From NCBI GenBank assembly GCA_040900375.1, contig JBBDZC010000014.1:33130-94711 (forward strand): 61,582 nucleotides of DNA, given 5' to 3'. Source of the DNA: Candidatus Anderseniibacteriota bacterium (lineage in GTDB: Bacteria; Patescibacteriota; Andersenbacteria; UBA10190). Both the position numbers and the translations under genes were made by a program. The notes under the pieces are model-generated. The model saw only the letters and a list, made by a program, of their open reading frames with translations, had not been told where the DNA came from and searched no databases. This document shows positions 17,665 through 26,273 of the stretch, piece after piece (the stretch's first letter is position 1; the number at the start of each line of letters is the position of its first letter).

Positions 17665-18585
17665 TTAGCGACAGTAGGAGGGGTAGATTTTACGCTGCGG
17701 ATAGACATACATCGTCCGCCGCGCCGGGTGATCATCCAAGTACAGGTTGAAGGTGTTGTATTCCCTGATCTCCTGCCTGCGCAGAAGCTGGGGAACAATC
17801 GCCGGCGGAATCCGATCAGGATCAGCCAGGACCTTCACTTTCCCGTCTCGCTTGCGCATCTGGGCTTCCAACTCCATGAGGAAAGCCACTTTTTCCGCAT
17901 CAGCTTTCGCCACCAGCGCCTTGAGGTCATCCACCTTCACCGCGAGACCATCCATTTTCTCACATAATCCAGTAAGGCCGGTGGTGACAGTATCACCGAA
18001 TCCGCCGAGAGCTTGTTCGACTCCGAGCCGAACATTAGCCTGATCGCGCAGATCTTGCTCGATCCGCGCTTTCTCGGCTGCGGCAGCGTCCAGCTGCTCT
18101 TTGAGACGCTGAAGCGTCTCCCGCTCTTCCGCAGTGAGACCGCTCCCCGCAGGCGGAGTAGTCGCGCTCGCACTTTCGCTTCCGACCGTAGTTGCCGCCG
18201 CACTTCCCGCAGCGCGTCGCCGTTCAATCTCATTGGCAACGGTAATTGCCAAATCAACATCTCTGCGGCGCACCCCTTCCGCCAACGACTTCTGCTCCCC
18301 TGCTTCCAGTCCTGCCAGTTGCCGGAAGGATTTTCCTTGGGTGTCCTCTAAGTCGTTGACTCTATCGGCAAGAGCAGTGAAGTCACCAGCCAATCTACTA
18401 ACTTCGTTCTTGGTAGCAGTAGCCTCGGCCTTAACGTTCTTGATGCTCTGCACTGTCGCCTCGTGCTGTTTCTTGGTCGTCTCCAGAAAGTCCTTCTTGG
18501 TTAGAAGGACACCATCGCTCTTTCTCGCACAGCCAGCGATGCTAAGCATCGCTATCACTAGTGCACACAGCCAGCCGATTTTCAT
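17665..18585 (-). CDS. Coiled-coil lipoprotein, function unknown
   Basis: The AAGGAG Shine-Dalgarno upstream of the ATG at 18585 gives MKIGWLCALVIAMLSIAGC, which looks like a lipobox. The rest is long heptad-like Ala/Glu/Lys/Leu-rich sequence with a basic Tyr/Pro-rich C-terminus. The track ORF starts 50 codons upstream. Confidence 0.7.
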   Translation of the reverse strand: MKIGWLCALVIAMLSIAGCARKSDGVLLTKKDFLETTKKQHEATVQSIKNVKAEATATKNEVSRLAGDFTALADRVNDLEDTQGKSFRQLAGLEAGEQKSLAEGVRRRDVDLAITVANEIERRRAAGSAAATTVGSESASATTPPAGSGLTAEERETLQRLKEQLDAAAAEKARIEQDLRDQANVRLGVEQALGGFGDTVTTGLTGLCEKMDGLAVKVDDLKALVAKADAEKVAFLMELEAQMRKRDGKVKVLADPDRIPPAIVPQLLRRQEIREYNTFNLYLDDHPARRTMYVYPQRKIYPSYCR

Positions 18586-18637
18586 GTCAAACTCCTTCTT
18601 GTTTTGTTCACAATACAACGCGTAATTGCAGTCAGAT

Positions 18638-20242
18638 TCAGTCAACAACTTCAAAGGTGATGGGCGTTTCATCAAATTGCTCTTCACCAAAGGTGAAGTA
18701 GCCTTGGTCTCCCGCCCAGGCCAGGGCCACACCAATCAGGACAACCAAGGCTGCAACCTTGAGGAGATTTCCCAGGCTCCAGCCTTGTCGCGCTTCCGCT
18801 CGGCCTTCACGCTGGCCTTCACTCTTGGCCTGCTCCAGCCGCGTCGGAAATTCATCTCGCTCGCGGCGCAGACGGACCACTTCATCATTGAGCGTGGTAT
18901 AGTGCGCGACCAGTTGGCCCGGTTGCGCACCAACTCGCCCAATCTCTTCAGCCAAGTCTGCCTTGTCCTTCTGAAGATCAGAAACCTTCTGGGGCAGAGC
19001 CGATGGGTCAACGCCGGTGAGCTCACAGGCTTGCTCCAAATGACGAAGCTTCGTCTCGGTGTCGGGCGCCACGCTTCCGGTTGAAGCTTGTTGCGCTTTC
19101 GTTTCGGCCGCTTCCCTGGCCGCTTTCTCATGGTTCAGTTTCTGACCCAACTCGGTAATTTTCCCTAGTTGCGTCTGGCTCGCCTTGGTCCAGCCCTCAA
19201 GCTGGCCTTCGGCTCTCGTCAACTCTTGCCGGAGCCTAGTCACCTCCGACTCTTCCGCACTCGCCATGTCTGGCTCCTTTTCAGGGGTTTCTGGGGATTC
19301 ATGGTCGTCTGCTTTCTGCTCTACGGGAACAGGCTCACCTGCTATGTCGGTAGAGAGGACCGGACGGGCAGGTACCACAATTCCTGCTAACGGAGACGGA
19401 GGGGACTCCACTCCCACTCCCTCTGCTCGTAGCGCCTCGATGAGACTATCAGTTTCCTCGCGGCGGCTTTTGCGAAAGTCACCAAACCGCATTGTTTTCA
19501 CAGTCTGGGCTCGCGTTTTGTCGCCATCACAGATTCTCTGGAGCACCGAAAAGTGCGCCCGTCGCACGAGCTGTTGAGCCTCTTTTGCTCTTTCCTCGGT
19601 CGACATCAAGCCAAGTCCTTCCATGGCCCGCTTGAGGTTATTGTACCGCTGCTCAAAAGCCTGGGGATCGGTTTCGGCCTCTCGCCGGGCACTAGCATGA
19701 GAAAATGAGAAGTTGCATCCATATTCGCTCGTCGCGGCTTCTGACTTTTCATGCTCTTTGAGAGACCACCGATAGGCAATCATCTGCTTGATCCGGTGAT
19801 CAAGATCCCTTTCGCTTTTGCCGCCATCGCCGACATCTTTATTTTCGGCTGGAGTCTCTTCTTCATTGCCAGCTTCCCGAGATGACAGCGGGAGCTCAAC
19901 GCGATTGTTACTACTCTCTAAGCCTCCCCGCTTGGGGATGGCTTTGCGACCGTTGTCTTTCATGTCTTCTCCCTCCGTAGTTTTTTCCGTGACAAGTAGG
20001 TAACGATTAACAGTCTCTCCAGCGAGGGTAACGACACGCAGTCGTCCCGCTCTTACCTCACGGCCCAGCCTGCCTGCTACCTTTTGGGGTGAAGCAAGGC
20101 GGGGCGGGATGTTATAGCGCTTTTCTAGATGCTCTCGCACCTGGGCAGTGGTAAAACCATCCGCCTGGTGGGCGGCCAGCTCATGCAGTACACGAGGAAA
20201 AACCTCACGAAGTTTGACATCAAGCTCTTCAGCTTCATCCAT
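18638..20242 (-). CDS. Tail-anchored coiled-coil protein with an N-terminal winged-helix-like domain, function unknown
   Basis: 534-aa ORF. The first roughly 90 aa look like a wHTH (FTTAQVREHLEKRYNIPPRLASPQKVAGRLGREVRAGRL). A long charged coiled-coil region follows, then a C-terminal TM (LLKVAALVVLIGVALAWAG). It is co-oriented with, and 52 nt upstream of, the lipoprotein gene. Confidence 0.7.
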   Translation of the reverse strand: MDEAEELDVKLREVFPRVLHELAAHQADGFTTAQVREHLEKRYNIPPRLASPQKVAGRLGREVRAGRLRVVTLAGETVNRYLLVTEKTTEGEDMKDNGRKAIPKRGGLESSNNRVELPLSSREAGNEEETPAENKDVGDGGKSERDLDHRIKQMIAYRWSLKEHEKSEAATSEYGCNFSFSHASARREAETDPQAFEQRYNNLKRAMEGLGLMSTEERAKEAQQLVRRAHFSVLQRICDGDKTRAQTVKTMRFGDFRKSRREETDSLIEALRAEGVGVESPPSPLAGIVVPARPVLSTDIAGEPVPVEQKADDHESPETPEKEPDMASAEESEVTRLRQELTRAEGQLEGWTKASQTQLGKITELGQKLNHEKAAREAAETKAQQASTGSVAPDTETKLRHLEQACELTGVDPSALPQKVSDLQKDKADLAEEIGRVGAQPGQLVAHYTTLNDEVVRLRRERDEFPTRLEQAKSEGQREGRAEARQGWSLGNLLKVAALVVLIGVALAWAGDQGYFTFGEEQFDETPITFEVVD

Positions 20243-20380
20243 TAGTACCTCGGCAGTTGCGGTTGTTGTTCCTCGGGGGGTTTCCCCGGATTACTACCTT
20301 TAGGTTGTTAAGGTTCAACCATACCCGTGCCCGTTCCAGTCATTACGGTAACTAGCTACTATAAGCAAAGTTTTTCAATA

Positions 20381-20409
20381 TTGTCAAGTATTCCTCTCTA
20401 TGCTACAGT
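20381..20409 (+). promoter_or_regulatory. Candidate sigma70-type promoter for the glycosyltransferase gene
   Basis: TTGTCA (20381-20386), a 17-nt spacer, then TACAGT (20404-20409), about 40 nt upstream of the ATG at 20450. Confidence 0.4.
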
Positions 20410-20449
20410 GGCCGGTTCCTTAAGTTTACGGTCCTAGGGCATTAACCTC

Positions 20450-21583
20450 ATGAAAGTCATCTTTATTGGACAATTAGGCGTACGCGTTGGTTCTCCCGGC
20501 CAAAAAACCCCGCGGGAGGAGCGGATTATTAACCTTGGCCGGGCCTTAGCCCAGAGGGGGCATCGGGTCACCGTCGTCACGACAAAGCCATATAGTAACC
20601 CTACGCTACGTAACTACTATGGTATTACTTTTGTCCCCAAAGCCTCATTTGACCGAGAGTACCCTGGCGGCTGGCTCTATGTAATTTTAAGCTTACTGAC
20701 ACTGTGGCGGCAGCAACCAGATGTTGCCCACTTGCACGGCTGGCGCACGGCTTCCCTCGCCTGGTTGGCGGCACTCTTGAGTCCCGAAACTACTTTTATC
20801 TGGACGGTTGATGCCCTGCCGCAACATTTCCCGCTGGCTGCTCGCCTCGTCGCGCGCCAAGCGGGCCGGGTCTGCGATGTCATGACGACTCCTACCCGAA
20901 CGCTGCAATACTTGCTGCTACAGCACTATAATCTGCGGGCAGCGTACATTCCCGATGGATACACTCGTCAGTTGCTCAAAGATATTCCCCTGGCTTCCCT
21001 GGGATTAGGATTACGCAAAGAGCAGTATTGCCTCTTACTGGCGAGCGAAGTTACAACAATCCGGGCAGCCCTGCGCGCCTATGCAACGACCAAGAGCCGT
21101 AAAAAGCTCGTGATTGTGGCGGAGCCTACGGCCGCCTGGGAACGATTGATAAACCGGAAATCATTTGTCCACTTTATCGGCAAAAAATATGGGCGGCAGC
21201 TGCGCACGCTGGTGCGCCAGGCAGCCTGTGTTATTGCTACGGAAGATACCCCTAACCTTGAAGTACTGCTGCAGGCAATGGACAGCGGCCGGAGTATTAT
21301 TGCGGCTAACATATCCCTTTACCAAGAACTGCTGGGCGTTACCGCGCAATTTTACCGGTCTAAACGCCGCAATGAGCTATCGGGCCTCCTGCAGGCAACG
21401 ATCAAGCGGCGCTCGTTCCAGCGGGCGTGGGGTGCCACGGCACGCCAGCGGGCGCGGCATCACTTTACCTGGGAACGCGTTCTACCAGAGTATCTGGCCG
21501 CGTATCGCTACCGCGAAGTGGTGGTTGTACCGCTGGATTCCGTCCAACTAGTGGCATTGCCGCGCCCGGTTCGCGTACAATAA
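20450..21583 (+). CDS. Glycosyltransferase (GT-B fold, GT4-like)
   Basis: 377-aa ORF. The N-terminus (KVIFIGQLGVRVGSPGQKTPREERIINLGRALAQRGHRVTVVT) and overall length are typical of GT4-family enzymes. The assignment is by eye only. Confidence 0.6.
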   Translation: MKVIFIGQLGVRVGSPGQKTPREERIINLGRALAQRGHRVTVVTTKPYSNPTLRNYYGITFVPKASFDREYPGGWLYVILSLLTLWRQQPDVAHLHGWRTASLAWLAALLSPETTFIWTVDALPQHFPLAARLVARQAGRVCDVMTTPTRTLQYLLLQHYNLRAAYIPDGYTRQLLKDIPLASLGLGLRKEQYCLLLASEVTTIRAALRAYATTKSRKKLVIVAEPTAAWERLINRKSFVHFIGKKYGRQLRTLVRQAACVIATEDTPNLEVLLQAMDSGRSIIAANISLYQELLGVTAQFYRSKRRNELSGLLQATIKRRSFQRAWGATARQRARHHFTWERVLPEYLAAYRYREVVVVPLDSVQLVALPRPVRVQ

Positions 21584-21618
21584 GACAGCGCCTAACTACG
21601 GCGAGCGATTTGATAGGA

Positions 21619-21702
21619 GCCGGGGTGGTGAAATTGGCATACACGCTAGGTTTAGGACCTAGTGCCCTTACAGGCGTGCAGGTTCGAGTCCTGTCCCCGG
21701 CA
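21619..21702 (+). tRNA. tRNA-Leu(UAG)
   Basis: Manual cloverleaf: acceptor GCCGGGG/CCCCGGC, anticodon arm CTAGG-TTTAGGA-CCTAG, long variable arm, T arm GCAGG-TTCGAGT-CCTGT. No CCA is encoded. Confidence 0.9.
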
Positions 21703-21822
21703 CACCTTGACAAAGTCATTAATTAGTGTATATTTCAAGACTACTGTAGTTCTGGTGCTGGGTGCTATTGGCGGCACGTTAACAACCTACATATCCCCCA
21801 CTTTCAAGAAAAGGGTTAGGCC

Positions 21823-22938
21823 ATGAAATTCGCTGATGCGATTGACACGATGCTGTACGTGGTTGTTGTAGTTTTCATCTTCCTCGGCCTGCGTGAGCTC
21901 TCCTTCACTGATCCAGTAGCATTCTGGATCAATACCGTGGCGCTGATTGTAGTAGTTGTGTACCTCTTACTCACATCAGTCTATCTGATTGCCGCGGATA
22001 AAATGGTGGTGTCGATCTTCTTGGGAACGTACCGCGCGACATACATCTCGGGCACCTTTGCTAAAAGTGAAGATGTCAAGGGAAAACTGATGAGCAAGCG
22101 ACCCATGGCACACCGAGGGATCTTGGGTTCTGACATTGTTGTTTTACTCTGGCCACTGTGGCGCGTGCGAATATTCCCCACGACGGAGAATGTTCTGCGC
22201 GTTCATGCCAGCCGCGTGTACACCAAAGATGATGGCGAGAAATCGCCGAGTGTGCCAATTCTTGTAGATACCACCGTCGTCTTTCAGTTGGGGCCTGACT
22301 TGGGACCATTTATTCAAGCTTTTCCGGTGCTCGATGGTCCCCTGAATTTAGCCAAAACGTGCAACATTCGGGACAACATGTTTGATCCGAAGGATCCTGG
22401 TAACTACAAACATGTCTACCAGAGTACAGAGTTAGCCCGAATTGTGCTGGAGATTGTGCAGACTAACATTCTCGAAAAGGTTCGAACAGTTGGGGCACAG
22501 CATCCCTGGATGGGCGACAATAACATCAAGGGGCATATTGAGCAGTTTGAAAATGAGATCAAAGAAGCACTGGCGGAAAGCGAAGCTGCTTTTGTCCGAG
22601 GCGGTCTCCTGGAGGCTAAAACTGGCAACATCGGACCCTCGGCCACGGCCTTCGACTTTAACGTTGAGGATATTGACCTGGAAGACGAGGAGACACGGAA
22701 AGCTTTGGGTCAACCGCTCATTGGCATTCTGGAGGGAACCAGAAAGGGAAACTACTACAAGAAAATTCAAGAAGAATCGGGCATACCAGCGCGCGAGGTC
22801 CTTGTGGCCGAGACACTGGATAAATCCGAAGGAGATCTTAACATCTACACTGCCGGTGAAGGTTTACTCAATGTCTTCGCACCTTTACTCGGCAGGCTCA
22901 AGCAAACGAAAAAGAAACCCAAAAAAAAGTCACCCTAA
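21823..22938 (+). CDS. Membrane protein with an SPFH/band-7-like domain (tentative)
   Basis: 371-aa ORF with two N-terminal TM segments. The following region is reminiscent of SPFH domains (LWPLWRVRIFPTTENVLRVHASRVYTKDDGEKSPSVPILVDTTVVFQL). The C-terminus is Lys-rich. Confidence 0.6.
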   Translation: MKFADAIDTMLYVVVVVFIFLGLRELSFTDPVAFWINTVALIVVVVYLLLTSVYLIAADKMVVSIFLGTYRATYISGTFAKSEDVKGKLMSKRPMAHRGILGSDIVVLLWPLWRVRIFPTTENVLRVHASRVYTKDDGEKSPSVPILVDTTVVFQLGPDLGPFIQAFPVLDGPLNLAKTCNIRDNMFDPKDPGNYKHVYQSTELARIVLEIVQTNILEKVRTVGAQHPWMGDNNIKGHIEQFENEIKEALAESEAAFVRGGLLEAKTGNIGPSATAFDFNVEDIDLEDEETRKALGQPLIGILEGTRKGNYYKKIQEESGIPAREVLVAETLDKSEGDLNIYTAGEGLLNVFAPLLGRLKQTKKKPKKKSP

Positions 22939-22953
22939 AATAAGGAGAGTGTC

Positions 22954-24048
22954 ATGAGTGGGTGGGCAATCTTCGGTCTGGTAGTGGTCCTTATCGGTAT
23001 CACAGCACTTGGTGTTTGGTGGGCGTACGAGATTTATCGGGTTCGCCAAGCTCGGCAGCACGCTCACCCTGTCGGTGGCGCTGCTGCTCCTCCAGCAGCA
23101 GGTGCAGGGGGACGAATGGCATGGCAACTGTCGCCACAGAATTTCGTGGCAGCGGCAATTGGCATACCAGCGTACGCATTGTACCTCGCTGTGGTAATTT
23201 TCGTGCTCTTGGTGCTGTCCGCCATGATCTGTGGGATGGGTGGGTGTGCCATGCATGCTTTCTCGGCCGCTTTAGGCGCGACTAAGCAGGCGGGTACACT
23301 ACCGGAAAAGCCAGAAGAGCTTCCCCCGCTCTCGCAGGAGCAGCGGCGGCTGGTCACGGATCGGTTCTTGGACGCGCCAGTCGGGGAAAACGCCTGGCGA
23401 GTATCACCCCAGGAGGATAACCTCTACTACGATCGGCAGCGACCCGGCACCAGGTACGTGATGAATCTTACGTACATGGACAGCCTGGAGCAGCGGATTA
23501 CCGCGGGGAGAACTGGCACCAGTACTGTTCTCTATCGAGTGGTGGATGGTGGAGCGTGGCAGTATGTGCGTCCAACAGCGCACCTTGCTATTCCCCCCGG
23601 CTCGACATGCTTGCACATCGAGCCCACTCTTCGGCGGTGGCCGGCTACAGGGTCTGATCAGTACGTCGGTCTCTACTGGCGGACTCGTCCCCCATCCGAC
23701 GGCTCGGTTGTTATCCAAACCGAGACCCTCGTCAATGAAGGGACAGCGGCAATCTGGGGACCGCTGCTCACCCAGCTAGATGACCGGCCGCTCAAGTGGG
23801 AGATGACAATTGTCATGCTTGACGAAGCAGGTAACTACCTGCCACTCGACCGGTTTGGCAACTTTCCCCCGCTCCTTACCTTCGTCACGGAAGATGGAGC
23901 AAGGGTTGTTCATGTTCAGGCTTGTTATGAGCCGGTTACACTGCTCACACATGCGTCTGAACATGTCAGCCACGGCCGCCAGCTCGCACTACAAATTCCC
24001 GACGGATTCGGGAATGCGTCTGTGACGGTGAGCTTCAAGGTTCACTAA
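22954..24048 (+). CDS. Membrane protein, function unknown
   Basis: 364-aa ORF with an AAGGAGA Shine-Dalgarno. Two TM segments flank an Ala/Gly-rich loop, followed by a roughly 250-aa soluble domain. It starts 15 nt after the preceding gene. Confidence 0.65.
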   Translation: MSGWAIFGLVVVLIGITALGVWWAYEIYRVRQARQHAHPVGGAAAPPAAGAGGRMAWQLSPQNFVAAAIGIPAYALYLAVVIFVLLVLSAMICGMGGCAMHAFSAALGATKQAGTLPEKPEELPPLSQEQRRLVTDRFLDAPVGENAWRVSPQEDNLYYDRQRPGTRYVMNLTYMDSLEQRITAGRTGTSTVLYRVVDGGAWQYVRPTAHLAIPPGSTCLHIEPTLRRWPATGSDQYVGLYWRTRPPSDGSVVIQTETLVNEGTAAIWGPLLTQLDDRPLKWEMTIVMLDEAGNYLPLDRFGNFPPLLTFVTEDGARVVHVQACYEPVTLLTHASEHVSHGRQLALQIPDGFGNASVTVSFKVH

Positions 24049-24072
24049 GGTAGTAGTTGTTCTTTCCTCTTA

Positions 24073-24108
24073 CCCCCGCCCGGTTATATACCGTGCGGGG
24101 ATTTTTTT
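24073..24108 (+). terminator. Rho-independent terminator
   Basis: CCCCGCCCGG-TTATATA-CCGTGCGGGG followed by ATTTTTTT. Confidence 0.8.
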
Positions 24109-24114
24109 ACTCTG

Positions 24115-24166
24115 TTTTATTACACCCCGTGAATACCCCGTGGTCTAGCCGCGGGAGAGACTTCAT
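24115..24166 (+). repeat. Intergenic box family C, copy 1
   Basis: TTTTATTACACCCCGTGAATA + GC hairpin + GACTTCAT. It aligns with the copies at 33672, 34030(rc), 40198(rc) and 48857(rc). Confidence 0.75.
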
Positions 24167-24384
24167 ACCAGCGGCACAACTAAGTTAAATACCGAGGCGG
24201 CGATGCCGATTGCCAAGAGCAACAGCAGACAGCGGAGGATAATCCACTTCATGCGGTTTTGGACTTCAATATTGCCGTAGTTAAATTGGTGAGCAGAACC
24301 AGCCCGCATCATAATAATGGCGAGTACTAGGGCCAATATTAGCAACACCGCATTGACCCAAAAAACAAACGTCGTCAGGGGCAT
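24163..24384 (-). CDS. Small two-TM membrane protein
   Basis: 73-aa ORF (MPLTTFVFWVNAVLLILALVLAIIMM...WIILRCLLLLLAIGIAASVF). Its start codon lies in the left target duplication of the adjacent MITE-like element. Confidence 0.5.
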   Translation of the reverse strand: MPLTTFVFWVNAVLLILALVLAIIMMRAGSAHQFNYGNIEVQNRMKWIILRCLLLLLAIGIAASVFNLVVPLV

Positions 24385-24385
24385 A

Positions 24386-24519
24386 CCCCGTAGTAGAACT
24401 TCGGTTGAGTATTAAGCTTCATAGCAACAATTTCGCTGGTGGATACAAAGAGTGTAGTTTCTTTTAGAGAAGAGATACGAGTGAGCTTCTGGTGAAGCTA
24501 CCGAAGTTTCACTACGGGG
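24386..24519. mobile_element. MITE-like element (variant of family B)
   Basis: The termini CCCCGTAGTAGAACTTCGGT and ACCGAAGTTTCACTACGGGG are inverted repeats. They are flanked by a direct CATA at 24382-24385 and 24520-24523. The element contains no ORF. Confidence 0.65.
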
Positions 24520-24624
24520 CATACCTGCTAGTATACTGCAAGTGGTTAGGAAGCGGCGGGGTCAATAGCAAGCGGACTGGCTCACCAGTCCGCTTATAGC
24601 GACAACAACAAAGGCTGCTATCTC

Positions 24625-24987
24625 TTAGGCTCCTCCAGGATTACCCGCAACGGCGCCCAAAACAAAGTTGATAATCACTGCCGATAAGCCAATCACAATC
24701 AAACCGATGAGAGCATAGAGGATAGTATTCTTGGCCTTTTCGGTTTGGTCTTCATCACCTTGGGAGATGATATAGCGGACACCGCCAATGATGAGCATCA
24801 CGGCAGCAATAACGCCGACGATCATTAACATAACGTTAACGATGGTCTGAATAGCGCCACTTAAACTTCCTCCTTGAGTTCCGAGAAAGGGAGTTACGCC
24901 GGCTGACAAGCCCTGGGCGTGCGTTGCCACGGGAGCAACAAGCACCATTGCCATCAGCGCGCTTGATAGAATGACACGCAATTTCAT
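24625..24987 (-). CDS. Small pilin-like membrane protein (VirB2/TrbC-like), paralog 1 of 5
   Basis: The AAGGAGGTGA Shine-Dalgarno precedes the ATG at 24987. The protein has a signal peptide followed by two hydrophobic helices joined by the loop GGVRYIISQGDEDQTEKAKNTILYALIGL. Confidence 0.75.
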   Translation of the reverse strand: MKLRVILSSALMAMVLVAPVATHAQGLSAGVTPFLGTQGGSLSGAIQTIVNVMLMIVGVIAAVMLIIGGVRYIISQGDEDQTEKAKNTILYALIGLIVIGLSAVIINFVLGAVAGNPGGA

Positions 24988-25110
24988 GCTGCCCTCACCT
25001 CCTTTGAAAGAATCCACATAAGTAAAATGTCTCTTAACATAGAATACCAGAAAGCGCGTACGGTATCTACTGCTCTATTACTACGCGAGTGGTAAGAATA
25101 ATTTTCTTAC

Positions 25111-25482
25111 TTAAGGACCGCCGGCATTACCGCCCATAATAGCGCTCAAGACAAAATTAACAATCACGGCAGAGAGGCCAATCACAATCAGGCCAATCAA
25201 GGCGTAGAGAATAACGCGCTTGGCTTTGGCCGCTTCAGCTTCATCCCCGAGAGAGATAATGTACCGGACACCGCCATAGATAATCATGACCACGGCCACA
25301 ATACCTACGAGCGTCAGGAGAACGTTGACAACGTTCTGAATAGCTTCCAGTAAGGTGCCGGTCGATAAGTTAGAGCCGGGAACAGTTACCGTAGCCGGGA
25401 GTTGAGCGGAAACAGGAAAAACCGCTAACGACAGGGTGGCAACAGCAGTCACAAAGGCACACGTTCGCACAAATGATGACAT
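25111..25482 (-). CDS. Small pilin-like membrane protein, paralog 2 of 5
   Basis: 123-aa ORF with a signal peptide ending VSAQ. The core is IQNVVNVLLTLVGIVAVVMIIYGGVRYIISLGDEAEAAKAKRVILYALIGLIVIGLSAVIVNFVL. Confidence 0.75.
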   Translation of the reverse strand: MSSFVRTCAFVTAVATLSLAVFPVSAQLPATVTVPGSNLSTGTLLEAIQNVVNVLLTLVGIVAVVMIIYGGVRYIISLGDEAEAAKAKRVILYALIGLIVIGLSAVIVNFVLSAIMGGNAGGP

Positions 25483-25540
25483 ACGAGGTTTTAGCGATGA
25501 AGGATATATCAGGCAGTATAGCAGGAAGGGTGCGAGGAGA

Positions 25541-25858
25541 CTATTGGGCCAGGGTTAAAACTGTATTAACAATCACTGCCGAGAGAATAATGAGGGCGAG
25601 GCCAATAATGACATAGAGAATCATCTTCTTGGCCCGGGCAGCCTTAGCGTCATCGCCAAAGGACGTAATGTACATAATGCCGGCAATGACCAAAAAGAGG
25701 ACAGCGATAACACCCATGAGCGCCAGCAGGAAATTGATAACATTTTGGACGATTTGCACGGCACTAGCGTCAGTTTTAAGCCCGCCCCCGAGAGCAGCCA
25801 TCTTAGCTGCTTCTAAGCCTCGTTGGAGGCTCGCTTGGGTGAAGATGATATACGACAT
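25541..25858 (-). CDS. Small pilin-like membrane protein, paralog 3 of 5
   Basis: 105-aa ORF with the same two-helix core (VQNVINFLLALMGVIAVLFLVIAGIMYITSFGDDAKAARAKKMILYVIIGL). It has no obvious signal peptide. Confidence 0.7.
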   Translation of the reverse strand: MSYIIFTQASLQRGLEAAKMAALGGGLKTDASAVQIVQNVINFLLALMGVIAVLFLVIAGIMYITSFGDDAKAARAKKMILYVIIGLALIILSAVIVNTVLTLAQ

Positions 25859-25871
25859 AGCTTGGTAAAGT

Positions 25872-26258
25872 TTATGCGCCTAAGAATTCTTTGATAACTA
25901 GATTGATAATAACCCAGGCGAGTACCACAATGGTAATACCAATGACGGCCCAAAAGATAATTTTTTTGGCACCCGCCATTTGTTCTTCAGTGCCAAAACC
26001 GATAATGAGGCGGCCGCCGCTAATAATCAGCGCGAGGACAGCGATGACACCGACTAAGGCTAGAAGCCAGTTGATAATCCACACCAATGTATCGGTCAGA
26101 GATGTGTCCGGCAGTCCAAAACTACTAATTTCTGATTGCAGCGCGTTAAAACCAGTATCAAACGCACTGGCTTGGGCAATAAAAGTAACACCGGGAGTAA
26201 GCAACAAGACGTTTATGAGAAGCAGGGCTCTAAGAAAATTTGCTGACACACGAATCAT
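25872..26258 (-). CDS. Small pilin-like membrane protein, paralog 4 of 5
   Basis: 128-aa ORF with a signal peptide and the core IINWLLALVGVIAVLALIISGGRLIIGFGTEEQMAGAKKIIFWAVIGI. Confidence 0.75.
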   Translation of the reverse strand: MIRVSANFLRALLLINVLLLTPGVTFIAQASAFDTGFNALQSEISSFGLPDTSLTDTLVWIINWLLALVGVIAVLALIISGGRLIIGFGTEEQMAGAKKIIFWAVIGITIVVLAWVIINLVIKEFLGA

Positions 26259-26273
26259 ACAGCAAAAACCAAT

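Noticed and set aside
21703-24160. I looked for direct repeats of the tRNA-Leu(UAG) or tRNA-Leu(UAA) 3' ends that would delimit integrated islands.
   Set aside because: I found no second copy of either tRNA 3' segment downstream by eye. The island interpretation therefore rests only on context and is reported as a low-certainty inference.
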